From IMG/VR virus record IMGVR_UViG_3300009838_000018, positions 5,177-69,176 of that record: 64,000 nucleotides of DNA, one strand, 5' to 3'. The stretch comes from a virus. The notes under the pieces are model-generated. The model searched no databases and had not been told where the DNA came from. It saw nothing but the letters and a program-made list of their open reading frames with translations. This document shows, one piece after another, positions 18,412-26,673 of the stretch (its first letter is position 1; every line of letters begins with the position of its first letter). The position numbers and the translations under genes were made by a program.

Positions 18412-18484
18412 TCACAAGGAGTGGGCTCGAACCACTGCTGACCCAGAATGAGAGCTGGGTGCCCGACCACCGGGCTACCTTGCG
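18412..18484 (-). tRNA. atypical tRNA, probably Glu(CTC), with an 8-nt anticodon loop
   Basis: Cloverleaf CGCAAGG/CCTTGTG, GCCC/GGGC, CCCAG-CTCTCATT-CTGGG, AGTGG-TTCGAGC-CCACT; no encoded CCA. Confidence 0.7.
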
Positions 18485-18520
18485 ATGTTTCCAAGCTAAG
18501 CATCCCTATAAGTGCCTTTG

Positions 18521-18593
18521 CGGAGAGTGCCGGGCTCGAACCGGCGTCCGTTCGGTAAAGAGCCGAATGCGCCACCAACTGCGCCAACTCTCC
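18521..18593 (-). tRNA. tRNA-Lys(CTT) with U at position 37
   Basis: GGAGAGT/ACTCTCC, GCGC-AGTTGGTG-GCGC, TTCGG-CTCTTTA-CCGAA, GCCGG-TTCGAGC-CCGGC; no encoded CCA. Confidence 0.85.
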
Positions 18594-18601
18594 AAGGGTC
18601 A

Positions 18602-20092
18602 CTACACCAGGGGTTCGGGTTTCCCCATGGCTGGTGCAGAGGGGGGTGTTGGAGGCAGGTTGGACTTCGGGTCTTGTGAAGCAACGTTCCCCGGTTCCAC
18701 ATAGAGGACAGCCCCAGCCTCATCTCGAATGACGTTGGCAGGGATGTTCATATCCTTGACGGGCTTGCCCTTGAACCATCCGGCATCCTTGAGGACCTTC
18801 GCCAGGAATGGGCTGGTCACGGTGACTCCCTGGACCAGCTCAGGCGTGGGTCGGTAGGCCACGGCCCTCTTCGGGGGCGTGGGTCCCGCCCAGCCTCCCT
18901 TGGGTACCGAGTGGAGCTGGCAGGCGGTTTCAACCAGGGTCATGGGGCAGGTCTCCTGGCCCTCGAAGACCCTCCACGGGCGGGGCAGATCCCTCCAGAC
19001 CTTTGTGTCCGGGTGCAAGGAGTCATCAAGGGAGCCCTTGCCCCAAGAGTGCCAGCCCACCACGTCAGCCGCCATGAGACGGAGCACCTTGCCTGGGCAG
19101 TAGTGCTCCAGAAGGTCTTCCATCTTCAGGTCGAACAGGAGCTTGAACCAGTGCTCTCTCGCCTTGTTCCAGGCTCCGGCAGCCGAGTTCCAGGTTGAGG
19201 AATCGTTGCCCCTCCTCACGATCATGTTCGTGAGGTCGAAGTTGTTGTGATCGTAGGTCTCCTTCAAGAGTCCTGCAAGCATGTGCAGGGTCTCCGTCCA
19301 GATTCCGAGGAGCTTGCCCTTCTCTTCGTCGGTCAGGTGCTCCAAGACCTCGGGCTCTGGATGGACCAGAGCGATGGCCCACCAATTTACGGTACCCGAC
19401 TTTCGAGCCACCCGGTAGAGCATGTTGGACACATTGTCGAAGGCTCTCTCCTGGCTCGTGTTTGTGAACGTGGAACGGACGTTCATCCTGGCCGAGAGGT
19501 AGGCCACGAAACAAGCCGTCGGGAGGTCCTTTGAGAGGTCATCCAGGGTGAGCTTGGTGGCTCCAGCACTCTTGGCGATCCGGCTTGCCTCGTACTTCTT
19601 GCCGTTCCGGATCATCCTCTCGATCTTGTCTCGAAGCCTCCGGATGGCACGGAAAGCCTTGTTGTAGTGGCGCTTCTTGACGTTGAGCCCCTGGGCTTTT
19701 CTCTGCTCACGGTTGAGCCTATCCTTCAAGAAGTCGGTGAATGCTGGGTTGGCCTTGATACTTTCGGCCACCCGCTCCATGAAGGCTTCGACCTTACCTA
19801 CATCCCGGCACTCGATTGCCGAAGGAGGGTCCGGAATCTTGCAGGTCAGGGAGACCTTGGCGACCATCTTGTCTGCCCCGACCACCCGAGCGAAGTCCGA
19901 GGCCATGGATGAGTACCCGTAGGCATTTCGCTTCAACGAATTTTTGGCGGCCTGGTCGAGGGTCCGGGCGTCATCTCGGTTCAACTCGAACTCTTTGATT
20001 TCGCTGATGATTTGCGCAACGTCCTCGGGGCGGGGCCTTCTCTGGATGGCCTCGAAGAGCGCCTCGATTGCATTTGATTTAGTGTTCGACAT
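18602..20092 (-). CDS. hypothetical protein (496 aa)
   Basis: True start probably MSNTKS at 20092 (GGTGTA 9 nt upstream); the longer ORF call runs over the antisense strand of 20177..20605. Confidence 0.8.
   Translation of the reverse strand: MSNTKSNAIEALFEAIQRRPRPEDVAQIISEIKEFELNRDDARTLDQAAKNSLKRNAYGYSSMASDFARVVGADKMVAKVSLTCKIPDPPSAIECRDVGKVEAFMERVAESIKANPAFTDFLKDRLNREQRKAQGLNVKKRHYNKAFRAIRRLRDKIERMIRNGKKYEASRIAKSAGATKLTLDDLSKDLPTACFVAYLSARMNVRSTFTNTSQERAFDNVSNMLYRVARKSGTVNWWAIALVHPEPEVLEHLTDEEKGKLLGIWTETLHMLAGLLKETYDHNNFDLTNMIVRRGNDSSTWNSAAGAWNKAREHWFKLLFDLKMEDLLEHYCPGKVLRLMAADVVGWHSWGKGSLDDSLHPDTKVWRDLPRPWRVFEGQETCPMTLVETACQLHSVPKGGWAGPTPPKRAVAYRPTPELVQGVTVTSPFLAKVLKDAGWFKGKPVKDMNIPANVIRDEAGAVLYVEPGNVASQDPKSNLPPTPPSAPAMGKPEPLV
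18603..18608 (-). promoter_or_regulatory. GGTGTA element 9 nt upstream of the tRNA-Lys 5' end
   Basis: Same element and spacing as before protein-coding genes. Confidence 0.7.
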
Positions 20093-20176
20093 GACTATCC
20101 TTACACCAGGCCAACATTTTCGGTGTATCTGATGGTGACCGGCCAGAAACCTAACCCTGGCAGAACGGAGACAAGG

Positions 20177-20605
20177 ATGACGAGTGTAGCGACCAGCAAA
20201 GCATGGGGCCTTCTGAAGAACCTCAAGACCAACCTCGAAGAGTTGAGGTCTCTTTTCCCGGACGTGACCGATCCGGCCATCCTGAACATGGCCCAGGTGC
20301 TCGTTCCTGGGGCCGACCCGAACCCGGCACCTGTTCCGGTAGAGGCGGAGAAGGCGAAGCCGACCAAGGCTCTGGCTCGGGCCAAGAGGGTGGACAAGGC
20401 CCCCGAGGGGGAGTCCCCTTCGGAGATGGTCCTTCGAGTCGTCCAGCAGTCGTTCAAGGACAAGGAGTTCACCTACGTCGATCTCGCCAACAAGACGGGG
20501 CAGCCCCCAAAGCTCATGAGCGGTGGGATCAGTGTTTTGAGCCGCAAGGGGCTGATCGAGTCCGTCCGCAAGGATGGGCAGATCAACGTCTGGCGTCTTC
20601 TCTGA
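20177..20605 (+). CDS. protein with C-terminal winged helix
   Basis: EFTYVDLANKTG..MSGGISVLSRKGLIESV..VWRL; GGAG RBS. Confidence 0.65.
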   Translation: MTSVATSKAWGLLKNLKTNLEELRSLFPDVTDPAILNMAQVLVPGADPNPAPVPVEAEKAKPTKALARAKRVDKAPEGESPSEMVLRVVQQSFKDKEFTYVDLANKTGQPPKLMSGGISVLSRKGLIESVRKDGQINVWRLL

Positions 20606-20606
20606 G

Positions 20607-20628
20607 AGATACACCGCTTGGTGTATCT
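20607..20628. promoter_or_regulatory. inverted repeat made of two GGTGTA elements
   Basis: AGATACACC-GCTT-GGTGTATCT; the plus-strand copy is 9 nt upstream of the NADAR ATG. Confidence 0.7.
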
Positions 20629-20634
20629 GCTAAG

Positions 20635-21156
20635 ATGCACCAGATCCTCTTCTACAGCCCGAAAGAGAGCCCTTATGGGTGCTTCTCGAACTTCTCCCGA
20701 CACAAGGTTCAGGTATACGGCCAAACCTGGGAGACCTCGGAGCACCCCTTCCAGGCGATGAAGTATCACCCTCATCGGCCGGACCTCGTACAGATGGTCC
20801 TCAAGGCGGTGGGACCGATGCGGGCAGCCGAGATAGGACGGGACCGTGGGAATCCTATCCGTCCAGACTGGGACAGCCTCGTCCCGAATCCAAGTCCCCT
20901 TGTAGTGGATGACGGACGAGGTCCTGCCCCTGTCATAGAGCGGGTCAAGGACCAGATCATGTACGAGGTTGTCTGGGCCAAGTTCACCCAGCACAACGAT
21001 CTACAGAGCATCCTCCTGAGCACAGGGGCCAGCCCGATCATCGAGAACGCCATCCATGACCCCTACTGGGGGTGGGGGTCCTCGCAAACTGGGGTGAACC
21101 GTCTCGGGAAGATCCTGATGGCGGTTCGTTCCGAGTTGCAGGTTGGCCTCAGATGA
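20635..21156 (+). CDS. NADAR (YbiA-like) family protein
   Basis: FSNFS..WETSEHPFQAMK..KFTQH..L..LLSTG..IIENA..DPYWG..GVNRLGKILMAVR. Confidence 0.9.
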   Translation: MHQILFYSPKESPYGCFSNFSRHKVQVYGQTWETSEHPFQAMKYHPHRPDLVQMVLKAVGPMRAAEIGRDRGNPIRPDWDSLVPNPSPLVVDDGRGPAPVIERVKDQIMYEVVWAKFTQHNDLQSILLSTGASPIIENAIHDPYWGWGSSQTGVNRLGKILMAVRSELQVGLR

Positions 21157-21541
21157 CAGGTCTCCTGTCAAACCTGCTCGGGGGTCCCTCGATGACCTCA
21201 CACCCGATGTCCCGAAAGGCAGCGGTGATGAGAGAGGTCGTCTCGATGGGCCGGGAGATAATCCGGGTCTCACGCCCGTTGGTGATGGAGGCGTTGGAAG
21301 CGGCCGGGAGCACATGGACCCGAGGAGGCTCACGTCTCCAAGACTCGGGTACCCGGAGTTCGACGCCCTTCCCTTCGGCAAGTGACTCAACCGCCAGCAA
21401 GAACAAGCCGGGAGCCGAGTCCACTGAAACAACGATGGGTCCCTCGTTGTTCCAAGCGGCCTGGAACTTCTGGATCTCTGCCGCCCCGAGGGTCAGCGGG
21501 TTCTTGGGACGGTTCTTCGGATTGAAGAGAGGGGATGCCAC
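21149..21541 (-). CDS. hypothetical protein with C-terminal SRFDR tag
   Basis: GTG start 10 nt after GGTGTA; ends GPPSRFDRRPVI. Confidence 0.7.
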   Translation of the reverse strand: MASPLFNPKNRPKNPLTLGAAEIQKFQAAWNNEGPIVVSVDSAPGLFLLAVESLAEGKGVELRVPESWRREPPRVHVLPAASNASITNGRETRIISRPIETTSLITAAFRDIGCEVIEGPPSRFDRRPVI

Positions 21542-21629
21542 GATAAGATCCTACACCTGTGAGGAACCCGAGGGCTGGGCTTCTGATTCCGGTGTAACAA
21601 CAGAGGAACCCGAACGGAGTCAAACGATT

Positions 21630-22076
21630 ATGCCTGAACTCAGCCGAGAGGCACAAGCCATCGTCAAGGACATCAAGGAAGCCAAACAGGTCTGTGACCA
21701 GCTCGGCCTCGATGGCAGCCTTGACACCACAGTGAAGATTGCCCACCTCATCAGCTCCGAGCGTCATCACCGGAAGCACAAGACGGTGGAGGAGCTGTCC
21801 CCAGCACCTCGGAAAGAGACTCCGGCACCTCAGCCCAAGGTGACAGCCAAGCGGGCAGACACGGTGATCTCGGAGGCTCGCAAGCACCCCAAGTCCCCGT
21901 TCGTCCCCCTGAGGACTCCTCCGGTGGTCGAGGAAGCCCCCAAGGCCAAGCCCGCCCGACCTCGGAAGAAGCCGGTGGTGGTGGAGCCCCCTCGCCCCCG
22001 TGGTCGCCCCAAGAAGGAGCGGGCCAAGGCTGCCCCCAAGGCTCCCCTGGTGCCCAAGGGTCGGACCCGCAAGTAG
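21630..22076 (+). CDS. basic Pro/Lys-rich protein (possible DNA-binding, AT-hook-like RGRP)
   Basis: Very basic C-terminus PRPRGRPKKER; upstream extension of the ORF is a shadow. Confidence 0.6.
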   Translation: MPELSREAQAIVKDIKEAKQVCDQLGLDGSLDTTVKIAHLISSERHHRKHKTVEELSPAPRKETPAPQPKVTAKRADTVISEARKHPKSPFVPLRTPPVVEEAPKAKPARPRKKPVVVEPPRPRGRPKKERAKAAPKAPLVPKGRTRK

Positions 22077-22095
22077 CTCAACCCAACGGGAAACG

Positions 22096-22134
22096 AAAGG
22101 CCCTGTGAAGCGATAGCTTCTCGGGGCCTTTCCC
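22096..22134 (+). terminator. putative intrinsic terminator
   Basis: AAAGGCCC..GAAGC GATA GCTTC..GGGCCTTT hairpin just after the stop at 22076. Confidence 0.55.
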
Positions 22135-22175
22135 TATAGACCATCCGGTAAACGTCTGGTGTCAGTACCCAGGGT

Positions 22176-22727
22176 ATGAAGGTCGTATTTTTGGACTTCG
22201 ATGGGGTGCTCAATTCCAGGGGGCACTTCTTGGGGGTGGATGAGACTATCCCACCTTCAGCAGCAGAGCTTCAGACCATCCGAAGGATCCAGGATGAGTA
22301 CGGAAACCGCTGGACGAGGGGGATGATCGCCCACGACCTTCGGAGCCTCAACTCGGAGATGGTGAAGCGGGTCCAATGGTTGGTCGAGAAGACCGATGCC
22401 TCGGTGGTGATCTCATCCTCCTGGCGTCATGGTCACTCAATCCCGGCCATGCAGGGACTCCTGGCCTACCATGGGTTCACAGGACCGATCCTCGATGTGA
22501 CCCCAATCTCGGTACCCACCCCAGCAGGATTCTCCAATCCCCTGAGGGGTCACGAGATCCAAGCCTGGCTCGACCTTCACCCCGAAGTCGAGCGGTTCGT
22601 GATTTTGGACGATGACACAGACATGGCCCACCTGAGTGAGTACCTCGTCAGGACGGACTTTGCTGTGGGGCTCACTGAGGAGAAAGCCCTAGAGGCTCTA
22701 TTCATCCTGGAAGCGGCAAGCATCTAA
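22176..22727 (+). CDS. HAD-superfamily hydrolase (RNA-repair-associated HAD_SAK_2-like)
   Basis: VVFLDFDGVLN, VVISSSWR, RGHEIQAWL, FVILDDD. Confidence 0.85.
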   Translation: MKVVFLDFDGVLNSRGHFLGVDETIPPSAAELQTIRRIQDEYGNRWTRGMIAHDLRSLNSEMVKRVQWLVEKTDASVVISSSWRHGHSIPAMQGLLAYHGFTGPILDVTPISVPTPAGFSNPLRGHEIQAWLDLHPEVERFVILDDDTDMAHLSEYLVRTDFAVGLTEEKALEALFILEAASI

Positions 22728-22913
22728 GTGCTTGCATTCTCTGCACATATAGTGCCCATCAGACCAGCAGTTCCCTGAAGCAGGCCCATACTCGAAGAGT
22801 TCACAGGGGGCTAGGGTGTCTCGAACCCCTGGCTCACCTACAACGGAGTGCTCGAACTGCATCAATGCCATGGGCAAGTGACTCTGAGCCAGAACTCGTT
22901 GGAGTCGGTTCAT
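22698..22913 (-). CDS. small Cys-rich protein
   Basis: C..C..MCRECKH. Confidence 0.45.
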   Translation of the reverse strand: MNRLQRVLAQSHLPMALMQFEHSVVGEPGVRDTLAPCELFEYGPASGNCWSDGHYMCRECKHLDACRFQDE

Positions 22914-22938
22914 TCTTCTTCTATGACACCTGACGGTT

Positions 22939-23898
22939 ATGATTCAGACTCTTCATCGACCCGACGGGACACAGACCCAGGTCCACCTTGGCGGGTGGAA
23001 GAAGCAGTACATCGACACCCGAGACGAACCCTACCGCTTGAAGTTGAACGGTAGCTTCCTCGGAGCCCTTCCCGGATCCGTTGACCGGCGTCCGTTCTGC
23101 TCTCCGGTTGAGGACCAGGGGAACCTCGGGTCATGCACGGCCCAGATGTTTGCCTCCCTTATCGAGGCCAACGAGCTTCGCCAGAACACCAAGCTGGCTC
23201 AGATCGGTGGAATGTTCGGAGCTGCCACGGCAACCGTGTCCGTGTCGAATGTGGCGGTTGCCTCGGACGGGACCATCACCTTCACCACCTCGGTCAAGCC
23301 CCCAGTTCCGGCTCCTACCCCAACTCCAGCACCAGCCCCGAACGTGACCTTGGTACACGCCAGCAGGCTCTTCGAGTATTATGCGACTCGTCGAATCATG
23401 GGTACCACGGGCTACGACTCTGGGGCCACCATCCGAGACACGATCAAGGCTGGGGTGGTCTACGGGGTCGTGGATGAAGTCAAGTGGCCGTACAACATCG
23501 CCCAGTTCAAGACCAACCCACCCTCATCGGTCTGGACGGCAGCCGCATCCAAGAAGGTCACTTCGTACCACGCTGTCTCGAATGGTGACATCGAGACGAT
23601 GAAGTCCGTCCTCTACTCGGGCTACCTGGTGGGCTTCGGGTTCCGGGTCTTTGAGTACATGTTGAGCTTGGACATGGCTCAGAAGGGCATTCTGACCCGA
23701 CCAGGGAGAAACGAGGTCGAGGTCGGGGGTCATGCGGTTACCCTTGTAGGCTATGACAACTCCAAGCAAGCCTTCCTGGTTCGGAACTCCTGGGGGGCCA
23801 ACTGGGGGATCGGTGGCTACTACTGGATGGCCTACGACTACGTGGGGGACCCAAACCTCTCCAGTGACTTCTGGGTCGTGAAGAGCACCCCCCTATGA
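22939..23898 (+). CDS. C1A papain-like cysteine peptidase
   Basis: DQGNLGSCTA (Gln/Cys), GGHAVTLVGYD (His), VRNSWG (Asn). Confidence 0.92.
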   Translation: MIQTLHRPDGTQTQVHLGGWKKQYIDTRDEPYRLKLNGSFLGALPGSVDRRPFCSPVEDQGNLGSCTAQMFASLIEANELRQNTKLAQIGGMFGAATATVSVSNVAVASDGTITFTTSVKPPVPAPTPTPAPAPNVTLVHASRLFEYYATRRIMGTTGYDSGATIRDTIKAGVVYGVVDEVKWPYNIAQFKTNPPSSVWTAAASKKVTSYHAVSNGDIETMKSVLYSGYLVGFGFRVFEYMLSLDMAQKGILTRPGRNEVEVGGHAVTLVGYDNSKQAFLVRNSWGANWGIGGYYWMAYDYVGDPNLSSDFWVVKSTPL

Positions 23899-24131
23899 AC
23901 CCGAACATTCCTGAGAAGTGCAAGGGGTGCGGGGCACCCCTTCTTCTGGAGAACCTCTTCACGGATGATGGGTGCCCCTGCAACACTCCTCGGGGGATCA
24001 ATTTCAAGCCGAAGCCCTGCAAGCTCTGCCAGGTTGACAACTGTGTGAAGCCAGGGCACCGGCTCTACGAGCTGTTCCAGACCCCAGGGCTTCCCGTTCC
24101 TGACAGGTTCGAGAGGGAAGACCCAGTCTAG
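23895..24131 (+). CDS. Cys-rich small protein with C-terminal RFER tag
   Basis: CKGC, CPC, CKLC..C; ends PDRFEREDPV. Confidence 0.7.
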   Translation: MNPNIPEKCKGCGAPLLLENLFTDDGCPCNTPRGINFKPKPCKLCQVDNCVKPGHRLYELFQTPGLPVPDRFEREDPV

Positions 24132-24217
24132 TCTGACACGGTAGACCACTCGTCAGTCTGACTGGCGATCTCACGGGCCTTGGCTCGGATCTCTTCAGCG
24201 GTCCAGGCCAGGGCTTC
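24128..24217 (-). pseudogene. displaced original 3' end of gene 24919..25491
   Basis: Encodes EALAWTAEEIRAKAREIASQTDEWSTVSD-stop, matching that gene's last 29 codons. Confidence 0.9.
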
Positions 24218-24857
24218 TGTGCTTAGGGCACTTGGTCTTAGAGCTACCTTCTACAAGAGGTGCTTTACACACAGAACAGCAGCCAGATAGAACCCTTCTT
24301 TGACGCTCTTCCCTCTCACACTGACGACAGTAGGCAACAACCCCCAAGGGATTGTGTGAGTTCCTACGGTACTCCGAGCATGGCCTGTCCTTCCTACAAG
24401 CGGCACAGGTCTTCAGAGCCTTTGGGTCAAAGTCGATCTTCTTTCGTTCCTCGACAAGACGAGAGTGCATCTCCTTCCTGCGAAGCTCACGATTTTTCAC
24501 AACCTCCTCCGCCGAAGGACACCAGTTAGTATTCAGCTCAGGGTTGTACTTGAGTACAGTGTCATATTCATACTTCAGGGCATCCCCAACTGTCCCTGTA
24601 AACCAAAGGCTAGCTACCACATTGGTAGCCCTTAGGGACTCTCGTACCTTGGTTGAGTGCTTGTTAGACGAGGTTTGGTAGGTATTGAACCTACTGTGTA
24701 AGTTGTTGGATGATCCAACATATACCAGCACACCCTCAATGAAGAAGGCATACACCCCTGGATACTTCGGGACCTTGAGCAGTGGGCCGAAAGGGTCTAC
24801 ATCCTTCAGGTCTGGGTCGAACTGGAGAACATCTGTGGGGGCGAGTTCTGGGAGCAT
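24195..24857 (-). CDS. GIY-YIG homing endonuclease with C-terminal zinc fingers
   Basis: PGVYAF..LVYVGSSNNLHSRF..E..YNPELN; CAAC..CRQC..CSVC..C; AT-rich. Confidence 0.85.
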   Translation of the reverse strand: MLPELAPTDVLQFDPDLKDVDPFGPLLKVPKYPGVYAFFIEGVLVYVGSSNNLHSRFNTYQTSSNKHSTKVRESLRATNVVASLWFTGTVGDALKYEYDTVLKYNPELNTNWCPSAEEVVKNRELRRKEMHSRLVEERKKIDFDPKALKTCAACRKDRPCSEYRRNSHNPLGVVAYCRQCEREERQRRVLSGCCSVCKAPLVEGSSKTKCPKHRSPGLDR

Positions 24858-25008
24858 GACTACAGGTAGGCATAGAAGGTTTGTTGGGATGCCTACCTGG
24901 TTGACACCACCTGAAGGGCTAGTCCGCTACAGTAGACCATTCATCCGTTTGTACCGCAATATCACGAGCTTTAGCTCTAATCTCCTCGGCAGTCCAGGAT
25001 AAGGCTTC
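24218..25008 (-). mobile_element. 791-bp homing-endonuclease cassette carrying a recoded gene 3' end
   Basis: Bounded by duplicated coding segments (24919-25008 recoded; 24128-24217 original). Confidence 0.85.
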
Positions 25009-25491
25009 ATGGTTCCCACCCGCCAGGTTCTTCACGAACCGATATGGGCTCAAAACTGACTTAGGTCCACTGAAGGCGAGCACGGCTACAAGGACGTGGG
25101 TTGGGTTTTCGGATAGGATCCTGGCACCCTCTCCTGGAGTTTCGTTGATGTCTGGGTCTGCTAGGTAGGCTTGAAGCTCATAGACCACGACCGCACAACC
25201 CTCGATGGGGGCGGCGAACTCTCGCTTGAGGTAGGCATGAACCTTCCCACGATGGGACCTGAGGACATAGGCGGCTGGGTCATCGACATTCCGGCCAACC
25301 CCACCCGAGACGAACGGAGAAGCCTCCGGGACAAGGATGAACCCCTGCCCCGGAACCTTGTCCGAGGTGAAGTCGTGGGCTTCCACAGCGGCCGTGACGA
25401 CCTTCCAGAAGCCGTCCGGGTCGGTCACCTTGGTGCCGATGGCCTGGGTGGAGAACGCTGTGACGATACTGCTGAGGGCTATCTTCATCAT
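24919..25491 (-). CDS. hypothetical protein (homing target gene)
   Basis: 190 aa; last 29 codons are AT-rich and come from the cassette. Confidence 0.8.
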   Translation of the reverse strand: MMKIALSSIVTAFSTQAIGTKVTDPDGFWKVVTAAVEAHDFTSDKVPGQGFILVPEASPFVSGGVGRNVDDPAAYVLRSHRGKVHAYLKREFAAPIEGCAVVVYELQAYLADPDINETPGEGARILSENPTHVLVAVLAFSGPKSVLSPYRFVKNLAGGNHEALSWTAEEIRAKARDIAVQTDEWSTVAD

Positions 25492-25533
25492 GCCTACTAG
25501 ACGCCCTGGGGCGTCAGTTCTGACAGAGAAAGT

Positions 25534-26082
25534 TCAAGGGGCATGGGCGGGGACAGGAACAGCCACCCCGAGGCTCCCAGAGTGGAGCATGAACCCTTCG
25601 GGGGTCGTCTGTAGGCTGGCTTTGAGGGCACTCAAGATACCCTGGAGGACCGGGGTCCCTGTATCCACTTGATGTCCCACCGTTGCCATTGGGTTCACCA
25701 GACCTCTCGGCATGAACCCACCCTTGTGATGCTTCAGGCTGAAGTGCCAGTGATTCGGGTCACCTACACTATTCGCCACGAACGTGTAGTTGATCAGAAC
25801 AGTCTTCAGCTTGACTGGGTTGGAGTCATCTTTGGTCGAACCATCTTCATAGATGATGGTTCGGCTGGTGACATACTCAACTCCATCGAGTCCATCGAGA
25901 GTGGCGAACTTGTTCAGTACCACTAGCCTGATCGACCGGCTCCTTATGCGAGCCTCATCCCCTCTTGCCTGCTGGTCAGCAAGAAAGACCATTCCCTCTT
26001 TGGGGGTCTTGGGGATAGGCCCAATGAACTCGGGACAGTTCTTACACATGCAACGGAGATGCTTGGAACGGGGTCTGGGCAT
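25534..26082 (-). CDS. hypothetical protein
   Basis: 182 aa; AGAGG RBS. Confidence 0.6.
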   Translation of the reverse strand: MPRPRSKHLRCMCKNCPEFIGPIPKTPKEGMVFLADQQARGDEARIRSRSIRLVVLNKFATLDGLDGVEYVTSRTIIYEDGSTKDDSNPVKLKTVLINYTFVANSVGDPNHWHFSLKHHKGGFMPRGLVNPMATVGHQVDTGTPVLQGILSALKASLQTTPEGFMLHSGSLGVAVPVPAHAP

Positions 26083-26133
26083 AGGTACCTCTTTCCCGGT
26101 AGGTACACCCCGAAAAAACGCCGCTGGAAAAAA

Positions 26134-26406
26134 TCAGCGGTTGTCATCCCGCATCGAGTCGATTGTAGCCAGTCCTTCGCTCCAAAGAATCCCTTGGACG
26201 AAGCAGAGCCATCGCTCTGCCTTCGCCACGGATCCCTCAGCAACCTGGGCAGGGATGGCCTCACACATCCACCCGATGTGGGCCAGTTTCTCCGTCTCAG
26301 ATGGTTTAATGCCAGAGGCAGTGTTCTGCCGTTTTGAGGGTACCCCTCTCCGTGTCAGGAGACCCTTGTAGCGTTCGACCGCCTTGAGAATCTGGTCAGC
26401 ATTCAT
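26134..26406 (-). CDS. hypothetical protein
   Basis: HIGWMCE..KAERWLCFVQGILW..G..TID..RDDNR phage-type small protein; GGTGTA 10 nt upstream. Confidence 0.7.
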   Translation of the reverse strand: MNADQILKAVERYKGLLTRRGVPSKRQNTASGIKPSETEKLAHIGWMCEAIPAQVAEGSVAKAERWLCFVQGILWSEGLATIDSMRDDNR

Positions 26407-26412
26407 GCCGTA

Positions 26413-26422
26413 GGTGTACACC
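26413..26422. promoter_or_regulatory. palindromic bidirectional element GGTGTACACC
   Basis: Overlapping GGTGTA on both strands, 9 nt from ATG 26428(+) and 10 nt from ATG 26406(-). Confidence 0.8.
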
Positions 26423-26427
26423 AGAGG

Positions 26428-26673
26428 ATGAACGAAGGAATCTCGGTCTTCTCGTGCGGAGTCTCAAACCAGTGCCCCAAGGGTGGGGATCATCAGTGGG
26501 ACGGAGAGGGCGTGGACTTCAAGAGCGAGTGCTCAAAGTGCTCCGAACTCCCGGAGCCGGACCCCAACTGCAAGACCTGCCAAGGGACTGGGGAATGGGT
26601 CTCTGGGGGTGCTACAACCTGCTCGAAGTGTGGTGTTGACTCGATGAGTCATGCTCTCTGGAACGGCCCCTAG
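26428..26673 (+). CDS. small zinc-finger protein
   Basis: CSKC, CKTCQGTG, CSKCG. Confidence 0.7.
   Translation: MNEGISVFSCGVSNQCPKGGDHQWDGEGVDFKSECSKCSELPEPDPNCKTCQGTGEWVSGGATTCSKCGVDSMSHALWNGP

Noticed and set aside
20093-20614. N-terminal extension of the 670-aa ORF call 18602..20614
   Set aside because: Lies antisense to gene 20177..20605; the GGTGTA element points to the start at 20092
21072-21629. N-terminal extension of the 334-aa ORF 21072..22076
   Set aside because: Overlaps the tagged minus gene 21149..21541, which has its own GGTGTA; ATG 21630 is the better start
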